This document shows positions 1 to 12,245 of a DNA stretch of 64,000 nucleotides, in pieces. This DNA comes from Botryllus schlosseri (taxonomy: Eukaryota): NCBI GenBank assembly GCA_051294905.1, contig CM119371.1, positions 6,634,001-6,698,000 of the forward strand. Reading direction: 5' to 3'. The number at the start of each line of letters is the position of its first letter. Position 1 is the stretch's first letter. Under the pieces are notes generated by a model. The model had not been told where the DNA came from and did no database searches. It saw nothing but the letters and a program-made list of their open reading frames with translations. The translations under genes were made by a program, and so were the position numbers.

Positions 1-371
1 GAAGAAAACTGAAAGCAGACGACTTTGCAATATTCACTTGAAATTATGTTGAGTTCACTACAAAAAAAAAGTTCATCATTTTTACTCGACTCCCGGTTAA
101 CCCACTTTTTATTTTTATTTTGTGGTATTCACTAAAAAAGGCCACCACTTACTTTCATTTAAATCCCGAATAACCCCCTCAAACGTTCCTATTGCCCATT
201 TCACGTCATTTATGCCGATTTCCGTTGAATCTGTCCATTAACCTAGCTGTAAAAGCTGTAAAGGAGGACCGATTGCCCAAAAGGAGGCCATATATTAGTC
301 CTCGAAGGACATTTCTAAAAACCTGAAGAAGGAGAAAAAATCCTTTCTAAAGGAGAACGTATGGTAACCCC
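1..371. mobile_element. Partial non-autonomous hAT-like element (TAGGGTTACCAT-type TIR), cut by the window edge
   Basis: Ends in ATGGTAACCC; the internal sequence matches 55186-55585 in reverse orientation. Confidence 0.65.
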
Positions 372-1773
372 AAAATAAGGTCGTTTACTCGTGGTTGAGT
401 TGAATTTATTGAGAATAATTGTATCATTTCAAAACACCCCACCGCGTCTTAGCATTGATGGCAAATAATCGAATCCAAAATCATTGATAATTCAGAATTA
501 CTCACTTTCATCTCTCGAAATGAATTGTCAGACATTGATGCATGTCAGATTCCAACTGATTGAGATTGTCATGCAAACTTCTTTTACCACCAAAGCCATT
601 TCACATCGGACAACCAGACTATGAAATGATACGTTATAAATTATGATCTCCTGATTGCAATCCACTGTAAAAAATTGAAAAGAGTGGTTATGAAAAGTAA
701 CATCAATGAATGTATTTATATACACCACAGGTTGCTCAAACCAGGTTATCGTACAAGAAGATGTGGTAGATAACTAGTTGCCGATAGTCGCCTCATAATC
801 AAAGTGGTTTGTTAAGTAACATGCGGAAAAATTCGGATTTCTTGATCATGGATAGCAAAAAAATAATGACACACAATAAAGACAACAAGATAAACGAAAA
901 TTACATCCGATTTAATTTCGTACTTGGACATAAAGTTGTAACTTGGCCCAAAAAGTGGCTCAACAAGGAAGACATCCACACTTTTTGAAATTTTCATGCA
1001 TTCAATCATTGAATGCAGTGGGTTATTTCATACCGAATTATTGGAAGGGTAAAACTTATACGACTTACTGTAAACAATAGGTTCCCAACTCCTGATAACG
1101 GCCATATAACCCTAGTGAGATCAATTGTGCAAGTCGTCAAAATGAACAACCATATCTATATTGGGCAAGATAGAAAATATATGATGGGCTGCATCAACTA
1201 GAATTACTGGCATGATTATGCACTTTTGTACAAGTCTTGAAGAATGTTTCCACAAAATTACTGGCTACTATGGCTATCACATTCATCAAATGATACGAAT
1301 CTACCGAAAAGTAGTTTATATGAAAAATTGACCATACGGATACAAAGTTCTGCCGATTTGAAACAAAAAATGCACGATCTTGAAGGCAATTGCCGTATGA
1401 TGCATATAGCTTTATGAGTTGATATTTTTATTCATGTCTCAGTTGCAGATTTGTACAAACTACTAATCGAGTTGGTGTATGGTCAAATAGTAGCTCCAGT
1501 TGCAAATTTGTGGAATGAGTAGTTTGGTGCGAATAGTGATACCGGTGTTCTGTTGTGTGATGTTCTTGCAGCTATTGCTAGCTTGGAGTCAACACTACTA
1601 ATAACAATGGCGTGGCCAGAAAATGGGTTTTGAGGGTAGAAAACTGTCCATTTCGAACTTCAAACACAGATTCTGTCTCCAAGTCAGACTAATTTGCATT
1701 AGAAGTACCCTACTGCACTTGCTTAAGAACTGAAAATCCAGTAATTGCACAAGTTTGCTCAGTTGAATGCAAT

Positions 1774-3402
1774 CTATCTCTTCACAAATACTGATTTGTA
1801 AATTGGAAAACATTGATCGACTTTTGGCTTCCCTATAGTCCATTTGTCTTGCGATATATCATACTTTTCAATTGCATCAGAAGTTTTTCCATCTGTTACT
1901 GCAAAAATGCACTTGTCAATGTGATATGCAGAAACTCGATAATGACAATCATTCATAGAAGATAATGAAGTCCACTGAGCTGAAGCAACATCGTAACATT
2001 CTACGTTGTCGACATAATTTATTCCTCTCCAGCCACCGATCACAAAAATCTTTTGATCAACTGCAACAACACCACTCACACAAATAGGATATTTCATTGG
2101 GTCGAGATCAACCCACTCTGATGAGGATGGAGTGAATCTGCAGAATGATGAAACTATGACACCACCTGGTCCTTCACCTCCGATACAATAGATGGAATCA
2201 TTCAATGATACGAGGCCTGCATCACATATCGCTGTAGGTTTGTCTTCTAGTTGAATCCATTTATTCAGGAGGTAAGTAAATATTTCCACAATACTTGTTG
2301 CTTTAGTATAACTTCCTCCAACAATAAAAATTGATCCCGACAAAGAAACTGAGCGAGGAAAGTATCCATGGTCACAAATCATATTTTTCATCTTTTCCCA
2401 TTTTGAATTTTTGCTCTGAAAATTGAGCCGATGAACTGATTTATTCTTACATAAAACGTAGATATGTGAGTCTAGAGAAATCGCTGAGAAATGTTTTAAA
2501 TTCGTAAACTTCTCATCATGAAACTTCTCTACTTTCTCAGTTACTGGATTGAAGGATCGGATACAATCTGCCTCATCATCAAAAAGAAGTATCAATTCAT
2601 CATCGCCAATTTCTTCATACTTGTTGTGCGATTCTTTTGGAGCTTCTAAAAGATGTCTTGTGATCAACTTGTACAATCCGAAGTCGTTTCTGATAATTTG
2701 GTTTGATTTCAAAAGACGCTCTAAAAATGCGGGAGAGACTTTATCAAACTTGACCGCTTCCAGACACTTGTGCAAATGTTCCTGATTTTCCCCATTTTTT
2801 TCAACCCAATTGAACAACAATGTTAGTTTGTCTTCTTCACATAACTTAGATTTTTTAGACTTCACATAATTGAGGATGTTAGTTTTTTCAGTATTTCCAA
2901 ATTCAGGTTGGTTTGATATTTCCATGATATTTTCATGTAAAAATGCTCTACATCGCGTAGAGACGGCATCCAGTCCATACATATCGGCGACATTTGTCGT
3001 GGAAAAGTAATTCTCCACATTAACTGATCCCTCCAAAATGTCAGATACTGCTTGTTTCACGTCATCCAACTGCATCATGACTGCGACATGTAAAAGATCA
3101 TTCATCTTTTCATCAAGAATCTCAAATTTACCCGAATATATGAAGTCGATGCAGCTTTTCACACACATAGAATCAACCTCTTTCAAAACAACTATTCCTT
3201 CACGACTTTCTTTGGTGTCGTGCTTTAACATCGCTTTGAAATAAGCACAACCAGCCGACAATACATTTCTGTGAGTGTAAAAGACATCATCTCCTACTTG
3301 AATTGTGAAATCACAATGATCGTTCTCTTGCTTCATTCGATGTAATTCTTCCATCATCTTCATTGAATGGTTCTCTACATTTGGACACACAATCTGCACC
3401 AT
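1774..3402 (-). CDS. BTB-BACK-Kelch (KLHL-like) protein, copy 1, intact, 542 aa
   Basis: Uninterrupted ORF. BTB motif (CDFTIQVGDDVFYTHRNVLSAGCAYFKAM), BACK region, and kelch blades with GG dipeptides and Y-D...W motifs. The track start at 3411 is TTG; the first ATG (3402, MVQIV) is the start shared by all paralogs. Confidence 0.95.
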   Translation of the reverse strand: MVQIVCPNVENHSMKMMEELHRMKQENDHCDFTIQVGDDVFYTHRNVLSAGCAYFKAMLKHDTKESREGIVVLKEVDSMCVKSCIDFIYSGKFEILDEKMNDLLHVAVMMQLDDVKQAVSDILEGSVNVENYFSTTNVADMYGLDAVSTRCRAFLHENIMEISNQPEFGNTEKTNILNYVKSKKSKLCEEDKLTLLFNWVEKNGENQEHLHKCLEAVKFDKVSPAFLERLLKSNQIIRNDFGLYKLITRHLLEAPKESHNKYEEIGDDELILLFDDEADCIRSFNPVTEKVEKFHDEKFTNLKHFSAISLDSHIYVLCKNKSVHRLNFQSKNSKWEKMKNMICDHGYFPRSVSLSGSIFIVGGSYTKATSIVEIFTYLLNKWIQLEDKPTAICDAGLVSLNDSIYCIGGEGPGGVIVSSFCRFTPSSSEWVDLDPMKYPICVSGVVAVDQKIFVIGGWRGINYVDNVECYDVASAQWTSLSSMNDCHYRVSAYHIDKCIFAVTDGKTSDAIEKYDISQDKWTIGKPKVDQCFPIYKSVFVKR

Positions 3403-3440
3403 GATTGTCAATCATCCACAATATGCTATATAGAATGATC

Positions 3441-3465
3441 CTATGATTATTATGATATAGTCAAG
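3441..3465 (-). other. Conserved splice-acceptor-like site upstream of the kelch ATG
   Basis: A branch-like T(T)RAC followed by ATAATAATCRTAG|GAT precedes the ATG in copies 1, 2, 3, 5 and 6 (AG at 3441-2, 11909-10, 28250-1, 45636-7, 61692-3). Confidence 0.5.
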
Positions 3466-3721
3466 CACTGTTATTGAAGTAAAGATGATTAGTAGGGCGA
3501 ATTTTCTTCACATGTCAAGAAGAGTCAAAATGGAAGCGTTATGTCAAAAATTGTGAACATTTTTTTGACGTCTGCATTTCGTTTGTATCGTAGATTATGC
3601 AATGTCGGTAGGCCTATTATTGGAAACGGCGAATCGTCTGCTCATTGTGAATCATAAACGGTCAAATGAAAAAAAATAGGTAGACATGGTATTATGGTCA
3701 ATGTGCCGCAATATCCTAACT

Positions 3722-4022
3722 CAGTGGTTGCCAACGTGGGCGATTTGGCGGTCTAGGAGGGCGAAAATGATGAATGGGGCGACAGGGGGGCATAAATGGA
3801 CAAAGGGGGCGACGGGGGGCGAAAACAGCAGAGGGGGCGATAGGGGGGCGATGACGCGTCAAACCAGCACAATTCGAGTCGACAATTTGACCTTTTATTT
3901 TAGTCAACCCGCCGGTGATTACAGTTTGTATGCCCAATTTTGGGTACACAAAATTTGGGGGGCGATGATTGGCGTTGACCTTGAAAAGGGGGCGATTGGT
4001 CGAAAAAGGTTGGGAACCACTG
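3722..4022. mobile_element. hAT (Buster/Charlie-type) MITE with GGGGCGA subterminal repeats
   Basis: TIRs CAGTGGTTGCCAAC / GTTGGGAACCACTG. Short relative of 13419-14833. Flanks are TCCTAACT and (G)TCTAACT. Confidence 0.8.
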
Positions 4023-4029
4023 TCTAACT

Positions 4030-4671
4030 CAGGGGTCGCCAACTCAAAACGGGTCGCGGGCCACTTTTCAAATTTCGCAGCGGCCGCGGGCCGCATGAAT
4101 TCAATATCGGTATAAACTAGGCTACCATCGTTTTAAAACTCTACGTCAGTACAACGCCGTGCTACTTAATTTAGGCAATGGGCGTAGTGACAACAAAAGA
4201 AGTAATATTTTATCAAAGGAATACAAATACAACAAAAAATCATTATCATTAATTTCATTTTATTTTGAAGTCTGAGCTGTGCACGATACTGGAAACGCTT
4301 TTAAGCGAATAAGAACTCGATATTGGGGCTAGCGAGATACGTTACTAGCTGAAAGACCATCTCCACGTAAAGCTTGATCTTGTGGGGCATCCCTAAGCCA
4401 GTGGTTCTCAAACATTTTTAGACACGCCCCCTCAATGATACTGAAAACTTTCGCTCCCCCTTATCATCATATCACAAAATGCAACCAGAATGCTAGCTAT
4501 CCCAATGGATAGTTTGATGGCATTGAAGGTTATCACTGTTGATACACAGAAAATTCACGGACCATACACACACTGCATTACAAAATGGTTTTCTCAGCTT
4601 TCTTCCGAAATCTCAAATCACGTCGCGGGCCGCAAAATATGACCTCGCGGGCCGCGTGTTGGAGACCCCTG
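4030..4671. mobile_element. hAT MITE with a partial MITE nested from 4399
   Basis: TIRs CAGGGGTCGCCAAC / GTTGGAGACCCCTG; 8-bp TSD GTCTAACT at 4022-4029 and 4672-4679. Confidence 0.85.
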
Positions 4672-6879
4672 GTCTAACTGAAGAAAGACTTCTTGGGCAT
4701 TGCATCATCCTTATATTGAGAAACGCATGATCAAAAATTGTGATGTAGACAACATTGTTAGAATGAAGCAACACGGTGTGTCACCAGCAGCGTACGCACA
4801 ACTTGAGTGTTGTCAGCCAAAAACTGCTGCTGTTGAACGGCCTTGGCAAGTTTCTTAGTAAGGACATGCACTTTCTATTCAAGAATATAGGAAAGTATCT
4901 CCCGTTGTACTACAAAGAATTTTAATTATTTCTACCATAATACAGAATGTAACCACTGGAATTCTTTATAGGGTCAGATTTCATTGAAATATTTTTTTTG
5001 TTCAAGTAAAAAGTTGCCTGTTTCTAAGCCAAAAACATTTTTTTCAGGCCAACCTTCGTTAGGACAGCCAGTTCCAACCAGAAATGAAGATAAGTGGTAC
5101 AATTTACATTATGTGGGAAAACACCTAATTTGCATTCATTAGTTCAAATGTTGGTAAAAATTCAGTTTGTTCAATTCAAAAAAAGTCAAAATTATAATTT
5201 TTTAGGTCAAAATTTTCTTTTTAGGTAACAAAAAAACGCCCCACTACTAGGCATTGGTCAGAAACGAAATTTATGAAGTAGTCAATTAGCATGTGTCTAG
5301 TCTACATGCCCTCAGTCAAATATTCAAGGACTAGGACTTGCAGTCTTTCTGAATCATGTGTTCGACCCATGCAGCTGAGCTACACTACAAATATTTTCAA
5401 TTTTGTCAAGTGGGAAGCAGCATTTGGTTATATTTACATCAATTTTACAATTTAACTAAACCAGACGATGTATTTACTCAGTCCCAGTATCATAGCATAT
5501 TTACAAAAATTGTATCAATTTGTGACTGCATCACAAAGATGAATATTGCGATTTTCATCCTCTGTGCAAGTGAATTGAATTTAAAAATGATGTCCAATTT
5601 TATCTATATCATTATTCATTACTATCATTGGCTGCAGCCTAATTTCCGTCTAAGCGGGAGTAATATGGCAGGTTTAGGCCAAGCAGTTCATATCAAATCG
5701 GTTTGCTCTCATGGGCACGAGAATGGCAAATGTCCATACCACAAGCTTAGCTCGTTTCGAGATATACAGTTCTTCTGTAGCATTTACGCGAAAACCGGAA
5801 AATAGATTAGAATTAAAATTAGAGCATAGAAACATTTCCCAAACTAAATCAGAATTAGAGCAAGGAAACAATACACGAATTAGATTTCTGGCATTTCAAT
5901 CTAATCAGTATAATTATACAAGTAAAATTATGTAGTTGCCCAAGTCTGTCTGGACGGTCTCTGCCTTTTCCGGTCAACTGTATAATTTGGGGGTCCGACT
6001 CGGGTTGTTACTTGACGCCCGCGGTGTGCTTCGCCTGGTCACTACATGTCAACAAAGTGAAGGAGGCGCTTTTTGTAATGAGTTCTCTCATGGCAAATTC
6101 GAAATTCTGTCGGTGTCTGATGCCGTCGTTGTGACAACCTGTGACCCAGGCAGGGGATCTGGAGTAAGAATTTTACGAATTCTTCGGTTGATTGGCTGCT
6201 TCGAGCTGCCACATTCTTACTCTCCTTGAAACGTCGCTCGGGTTTGGGCCAGTTTAGGTTCTCCTCAATCTGCGCAACATATTCAAGGGTTCAGTCAATA
6301 CCAGCATTGGAGTTTAGGGATTTCGATAAAGCATCTACACCAGCGGTCTTCAATATTTTTCGTATTGGTAGATACACCATTTTAAAGAATGCTTAAAACT
6401 TCTCCGCCTCAGTTCACATTATTCGTCGAATCTGTAGCGATCTTAATCAGAAGAGGGATCTTCCCTGCTGCAATCCATCGGAAATGCTAATGCAACAAAC
6501 AAATCAGCTTTCGACATAACTGAATCACAATCGAACACAGTGGTTTTCAACCAGAGTCTACGAAACAATATTAGGAAACCACGATCCGATTGATAAATAT
6601 AATTTGTGATATTGGAAGCTAGGGTAGACCAACACAAACCCAGCTCTCTGCACCGTCCAGCAAGATTCTAGGTTTCGAGTATGTATTTATGACCGATTCT
6701 CAAAACTACCTACAAAATTTATTAATTTTCAAAGACAGCACATTCTTCTTCCACCTGTAGTAGGCTACTTCTGGGTTGCTTGGAATAACATTACTTCTAC
6801 TTCACTACTTATACTGGAGTGAACTTTGCATTGCCATTTCTACTTGAGTAACTTATTTGACCCTTTCTGATTATGCATA

Positions 6880-9780
6880 CGGGCTCATGCATTCGCGGAT
6901 AGTTATTCTTACACTCAGTAACTTTTTCGAGACAGCTAAGAGACTTTACCTCCGTCCCAATTTACTGCGATCTCAGTGTGCAATTTTTATTGCATGATTT
7001 CTTTGTCCGCTCGGAATGAGTAAATGCTGGATGTAAACGTAGGTAGGGTGTAAATATTGGTGTGCTCATGTCCCGGGAGATAGCATAGTGCTATGAATAT
7101 CCATATCTGGATATGTCACAACTCACCTGAATAAGTCATCACGATTCCTGAAAATCTTGATATAGAGGTCTTGTCTTTTGGCAGGTGACAAAGCCTGAAA
7201 GAAAATCTTATAATTGCACAGCCATTAAAAATAGACTTGATCACTTTACGTCTTAAATGCAACTTGGATATAAGAACAGTAAAACTAAACATATGATCAC
7301 CCAATCATCTTGGACTGTATAGAGCAGAGGTTCTTGAACACCGGCCCGCCAAGTACATAAGAACTTTATGTGTATCAATTCCAAAACGCAAAAAGGTAAA
7401 CCCTTGTTCATTATTGGAGAAATGCACACCAAATGTGAAGTTGATTTGGAAGTTTGTAATGCATTTTCTGCATGGCGTCATAATAGGGAGTTCATGGTCC
7501 ACTTTGGGCATAGGCCTACATAACAATGGTGCAACTGTTGTACAAAACTGTTTGAAAGTAGCCTACAACTTCTGATAGGTTACATGTGAAAGCTACTGAG
7601 ACTTTTAAACAAACTTCCTTGACTTCCGACAGTGCAATTAATCACTTGTCAGTATAATAAAGACGACAGCAAAGTCGCCTTTCTTTTAGAGGATACTGAA
7701 CACTCACAATCAAGTTACGGGTATGTAACAGGAATTTGCGAGCTTCGACCACGGTCTCTAGTAACGAATACAGAGGCGTGCATGAATGTCTGCTTCCAAA
7801 TGAGATTTCAAGGAGAAAATGAGACATGGGCAAGGATAGCTAATAGCCATACCTCAATTGTTATAGTAACAGGCACGTACGGTCCATTCAGTTCCTACAA
7901 ACTGGGGTAATAGCTTCAACGTAGCCTCAAATTGAAAACTGTTATCATTATGTCAGTAATCAATTGTTAAATAATTGGGTAGGTTTGAATAGAATGTCGA
8001 TTTACATCCTAATTGCGGATTGAAAATACGAAGCCAGATAAAACTTACCTTGAATGAAAATTGGTGAACTTGCTTGAAAGTTGCAACTTGTTTGACTCTG
8101 ATTGAAAGAAAATTCCTGCCTGTGATGATAAATAAACGATACTTCGTGATAGAAACGATTCAAAATTCGAACTTTGCAGTCACCAAATTTGTTGAGACTT
8201 GTGTTACAGATTGTCAAAATAAGATCGTTTATCGGATCGCGGTTGAGTTGAGTATAAACACCCCACTAAAGGCTTGATGGCAAATAATCGAATCCGAAAT
8301 CATTGATTTTGTAAAAAGATAAACTCAGAATTACGGTACTCACTTTTATCTCCCAGGTAGAATTTTCATAAATTGATGCATGTCAGATTCCAACTGATTG
8401 ATAACGGTTGAGATTGTCATGCAAACTTCTTTTATCATCAAATCCATTTCCCATCGGACAACCAGATCATTAAATGATACGTTATAAATTATGATCTTCT
8501 GATGGCAATTAACTGTAACAAAATGAAGAGTGGTTATGAAAAGTAAACTCAATGAATGTATAATTGTATTGTATATGCACCACAGGTTGTTCAAGCCTGG
8601 CTACTGTACCAGCAAAAGTGGTTGCCTAGCCAATATAACAAGTTGCCGATAGTCGCCTCATATAAACAGAATCGAAATGGTTTATTTTGAGAATACATAA
8701 AAATTTGGTATCCTGATCATGGATAACGAAAAGCGAACGACTTTTTTCAATCAAGGTGAAACCAAATTCGTCAAAAACAATCAAAAGAAAGATTTTATTA
8801 TGCAGTAAAATATTGTTTATGCAAGATTCTCATAAAATAAGACGGGCATATGAACTTGTAACCCAGGGTTGTAATGACTCGAGTCATGACTCGAATCGAG
8901 TCCGACTTGAGTCACCATATTTTGGTGACTCGACTTGACCAGAGTCATTTTTTAAAATGCGCAAAATGACTCGACTCGAGTCAATTTTTGTATTGACTCG
9001 ACTTGTAGGCCTAATCGATTCATTGTACACGACTCGAACCAAGTCATATGACTCGAAACTAGGACGGCCAAGACAGACATTTCATTGTAACTTGGAAGAA
9101 TAGTAAAAGTCACCAAGTTATTGGTATTTCGTCTATTAGTCCTGATACTTGCGAAATGGGCCAAAAACTGATTGTATTAAGGAAAATTACAACATTATGA
9201 ATGCGAACAATTCTATTTCACTCGAGCAGAGTTGAAAGAAGTGGGTTGAACCTGGTTGAACTCAAAACTGAATAGTGAACGCAATGACTTTGAAGAGTGA
9301 ATAGCTCGAAGCATATATCGCATGCGGCTCAACTAGTATTGAGATAATTCTCACTCATTTGAAATTTCCATGCATTGAGTCATTGAATGCTGTGGGTTAT
9401 TTCATACTGAATTAGCAGAAGTGTGAAACTTAAACCGCCTACAGTAAGCAGTAGGTACAAACTCCTGATATTGGCCATATAACCATTTTGGCAACAATTG
9501 TAGGCTATAAGTGATCATAATCCTTGACCATGTCTATATTGAATAGGCCTAAGGAACTAAATATATGATTGGATGCATCGACTAAATCTACCGGCAAGAT
9601 CATGCACTGTGGCACAATTAATGGAAGTATATTACCACAAAATTACTGGTTACTATTGCTATTACATTCATCAAATGATACGAATTTACCAAAAAGCAGT
9701 TTACACTTATCAAATTACTGCCGCATTGAAATAAAAATGCACAATTTTCAATGCAATTATGATGGATATGGCTTGATGAA
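6880..9780 (+). pseudogene. Fossil EGF-repeat (EGF_CA/EGF_3-like) gene in the 3' flank of the repeat unit; paralogous copies at about 400-1400, 23170-26500, 36800-41700 and 55650-59560
   Basis: Frameshifted plus-strand motifs across paralogous flanks: DIDACQ..DCHAN (531-578), NINEC (699-713), TNTE..EC-x-CFQ..FQGENET (7764-7829), CHTLANC (24380-24400), KGYIG (39443-39457), NNGAT/CTKLFGS (57745-57782), CSKVATC (58305-58325), TGYYCHDI (59445-59468). No intact ORF. Confidence 0.6.
8864..9290. mobile_element. Right-truncated hAT element of the CAGGGTTGTAA / GACTCGAGTC family
   Basis: Left TIR and GACTCG repeats are colinear with 17852-18358; the right end is missing and the kelch flank resumes. 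Confidence 0.75.
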
Positions 9781-10243
9781 TTGAAAACATCAAATGTGAG
9801 AAACTTTATATTCATTCATGTCAAAGCTGCAGACTTGTACTAACTACTAATTGAGTTACTTCGACGGTCAAGACTAGTTCTAATCACCGCTTTTGAAAGC
9901 GAATAGTTGTAGTGTTGATATTAGTGTAAATATCAACAGTGACATAGTCATGGGTGGGTTGAAAACCGTTACATTTCAAACTATCCACAAAATCCTTTTT
10001 AAACGCCGATTCTATCCCCGATATTTTCAAGCTCATTTCCAATCCAGTAATTCACATTATCAGTACTGCAGTCGCTTTGGAATTGAAACTACTAAGTTGT
10101 TTTTATTTGCCAGTTACGGATTTTTAAAGAATGTCAATTGTAGTTCTAGTAGCAAGTTTTGAAAAGTCAGTGGTTTTAGTTCTAGGTTGAGTTGCATTTT
10201 GAAGATCCAGTAATTTGAACAAGTCTGCTCAGGTGAGTGCAAT

Positions 10244-11877
10244 TTATCTCTTCACAAATACGGATGTGTAAATTCGACAACATTGATCCACTTTTGGCTT
10301 AACTATAGTCCATTTGTCTTGCGATGAATCATACTTTTCAATTTGATTGGAGGCTTCAAAATCTTATACTACAAAAATCCAGTTGTCAATGTGATAAGCA
10401 TAAACTCGGCCATGACAAGCATTCATAGAAGATAATGAAGTCCACTGAGCCGAAGAAACATCGTAACATTCTACTTTTTCAAATTCCGTTTTTCCTCTCC
10501 TACCACCGATCACAAATATCTTCTGATCAACTGCAACAACACCACTCTCATAAATAGGATATCTCATTGGGTCGAGATCAACCCACTCTGATGAGGATGG
10601 AGTGAATCTGCAGAATGATGAAACTTTGACACCATCTTGTCCTGCACCTCCGATACAATAGATGGAATCATTTAATGATACGAGACTTGTTACACAAATC
10701 GCAGTAGGTTTATCTTCTAATTGAATCCATTGATTTACGAGGGAAGTAAACATTTCCACATCACTTGTTGCTCCATTATAACTTCCTCCAACAACAAATA
10801 TTGATCCCGACAAAGTAACTGAGCGAGGATCGGTTCCATGATCACAAATCATATCTTTCATCTTTTACCATTTTGAATTTTTGTTCTTAAAATAAAGTCT
10901 ATGAACTGATTTATCCTCACATAAAACGTAGATATAAAGGTCTAGAGAAATCGCCGAGAAATGTTTTAAATTCGTAAACTTTTCATCATGAAACTTCTCT
11001 AGTTTCTCAGTTACTGGATTGAAGGATAGAATAAAATCTGCCTCATCGTCAAAAAGAAGTATCAATTCATCATCGCCAATTTCTTCATTCTTTTGGTGTG
11101 ATGCTTTTGGAGCTTCTAAAAGATGTCCATTGATCAACTTGTACAATCCAAAGTCGTTTCTGATAATTTGGTTTGATTTCAAAAGACGTTCTATAAATCC
11201 CGGAGGGACTTTATCAAACTTGACGGCTTCGAGACACTTGTGCAAATGTTCCTGATTTTCACCATTTTTTTCAACCCAATTCAACATCAATGTTAGTTTG
11301 TCTTCTTCACATAACTTCGATTTTTCAGACTTCACATAATTGAGGATGTCAGTTTTTTTAGTATTTCCAAATTCAGGTTGGTTTGATATTTCCATGATAT
11401 TTTCATGAAAAAATGCTCTACATCGCGTAGAGACGGCGTCCAGACCATACATATCGGCAACATTTCTTGTGGAAAAGTAATTCTCTACATTAAGTGATTT
11501 CTCCAAAACATCAGATACTGCCTGTTTCACATCATCCAACTGCATCATGATTGCGACATGCAGAAGATCATTGATCTTTTCGTCAGGAATCTCAAATTTG
11601 CCCGAATAGGCTATATGAAATCGATGCAGTTTTTCACACACATAGAATCGACCTCTTTCAAAACAACTTTTCCCTCACGACTTTCTTTGGTGTCGTGCTT
11701 TAACATAGCTTTGAAATAAGCACAACCAGCCGACAATACATTTTTATGACTGTAATAGACATCATCTCCAACTTGAATTATGAAATCACAGTGATCGTTT
11801 TCTTGCTTCATTCGATGTAATTCTTCCATCATCTTCCCTGAATGTTTCTCTACATTTGGACACACGATCTGGACCAT
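10244..11877 (-). pseudogene. KLHL-like copy 2, pseudogene
   Basis: Full-length alignment to copy 1 with three lesions: a 5-bp insertion creating TAGGCTA at 11607-11613 (frameshift), an in-frame TAA at 10865-10867 and an in-frame TAA at 10364-10366. The original stop is retained at 10244-10246. Confidence 0.92.
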
Positions 11878-12208
11878 GATTGCCAATCAACCACAATATT
11901 CAAGGATCCTACGATTATTATAATAATAGTTAAACACTGTTATTGAAGTAAATATTATAGCCAACTTAAGTAAAATACCTGTTGAAGTTGAAAGAATCAT
12001 AAAACTTATTAACGTCACGAGTTGAATGAACGAGGAATTGAAGGAAAGTTAACGAAGGCGAACACTGAACAGTGCAGTTCTGCAGTTATGAATGTTGTAT
12101 AATTTTATATTACGTTATATTCCACGAATGGCCATATCGGTTTCATGCAAGATCGTCATATCGCAAAGCTTGGTTAAAAATTGCAGCAACACGAAAGATC
12201 ACGCTGGT

Positions 12209-12245
12209 TTCACTCCGTGTTTGGAAACGAAATCAGCGAAGCATG
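12209..12245. promoter_or_regulatory. 37-bp invariant upstream block containing GAAACGAAA (also at 29809-29845 and 61942-61978)
   Basis: TTCACTCCGTGTTTGGAAACGAAATCAGCGAAGCATG is identical in three paralogs whose flanks differ. Regulatory function is inferred only. Confidence 0.45.

Noticed and set aside
3403-3411. Track starts at 3411, 11886 and 45606 (MTIM/MAIM)
   Set aside because: These are TTG codons; the conserved ATG lies 9 nt downstream.
3686-4096. Gly/Pro-rich ORFs (also 14529-14923)
   Set aside because: Open frames arise from GC-rich MITE subterminal repeats.
10228-10238. Plus-strand CAG|GTGAGT donor next to the kelch stop
   Set aside because: Present in copies 2 and 4 only and broken in the others.
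10244-11877. Programmed frameshift or stop readthrough rescuing copies 2 and 6
   Set aside because: Multiple unrelated lesions per copy, no slippery sites, and none shared between copies.
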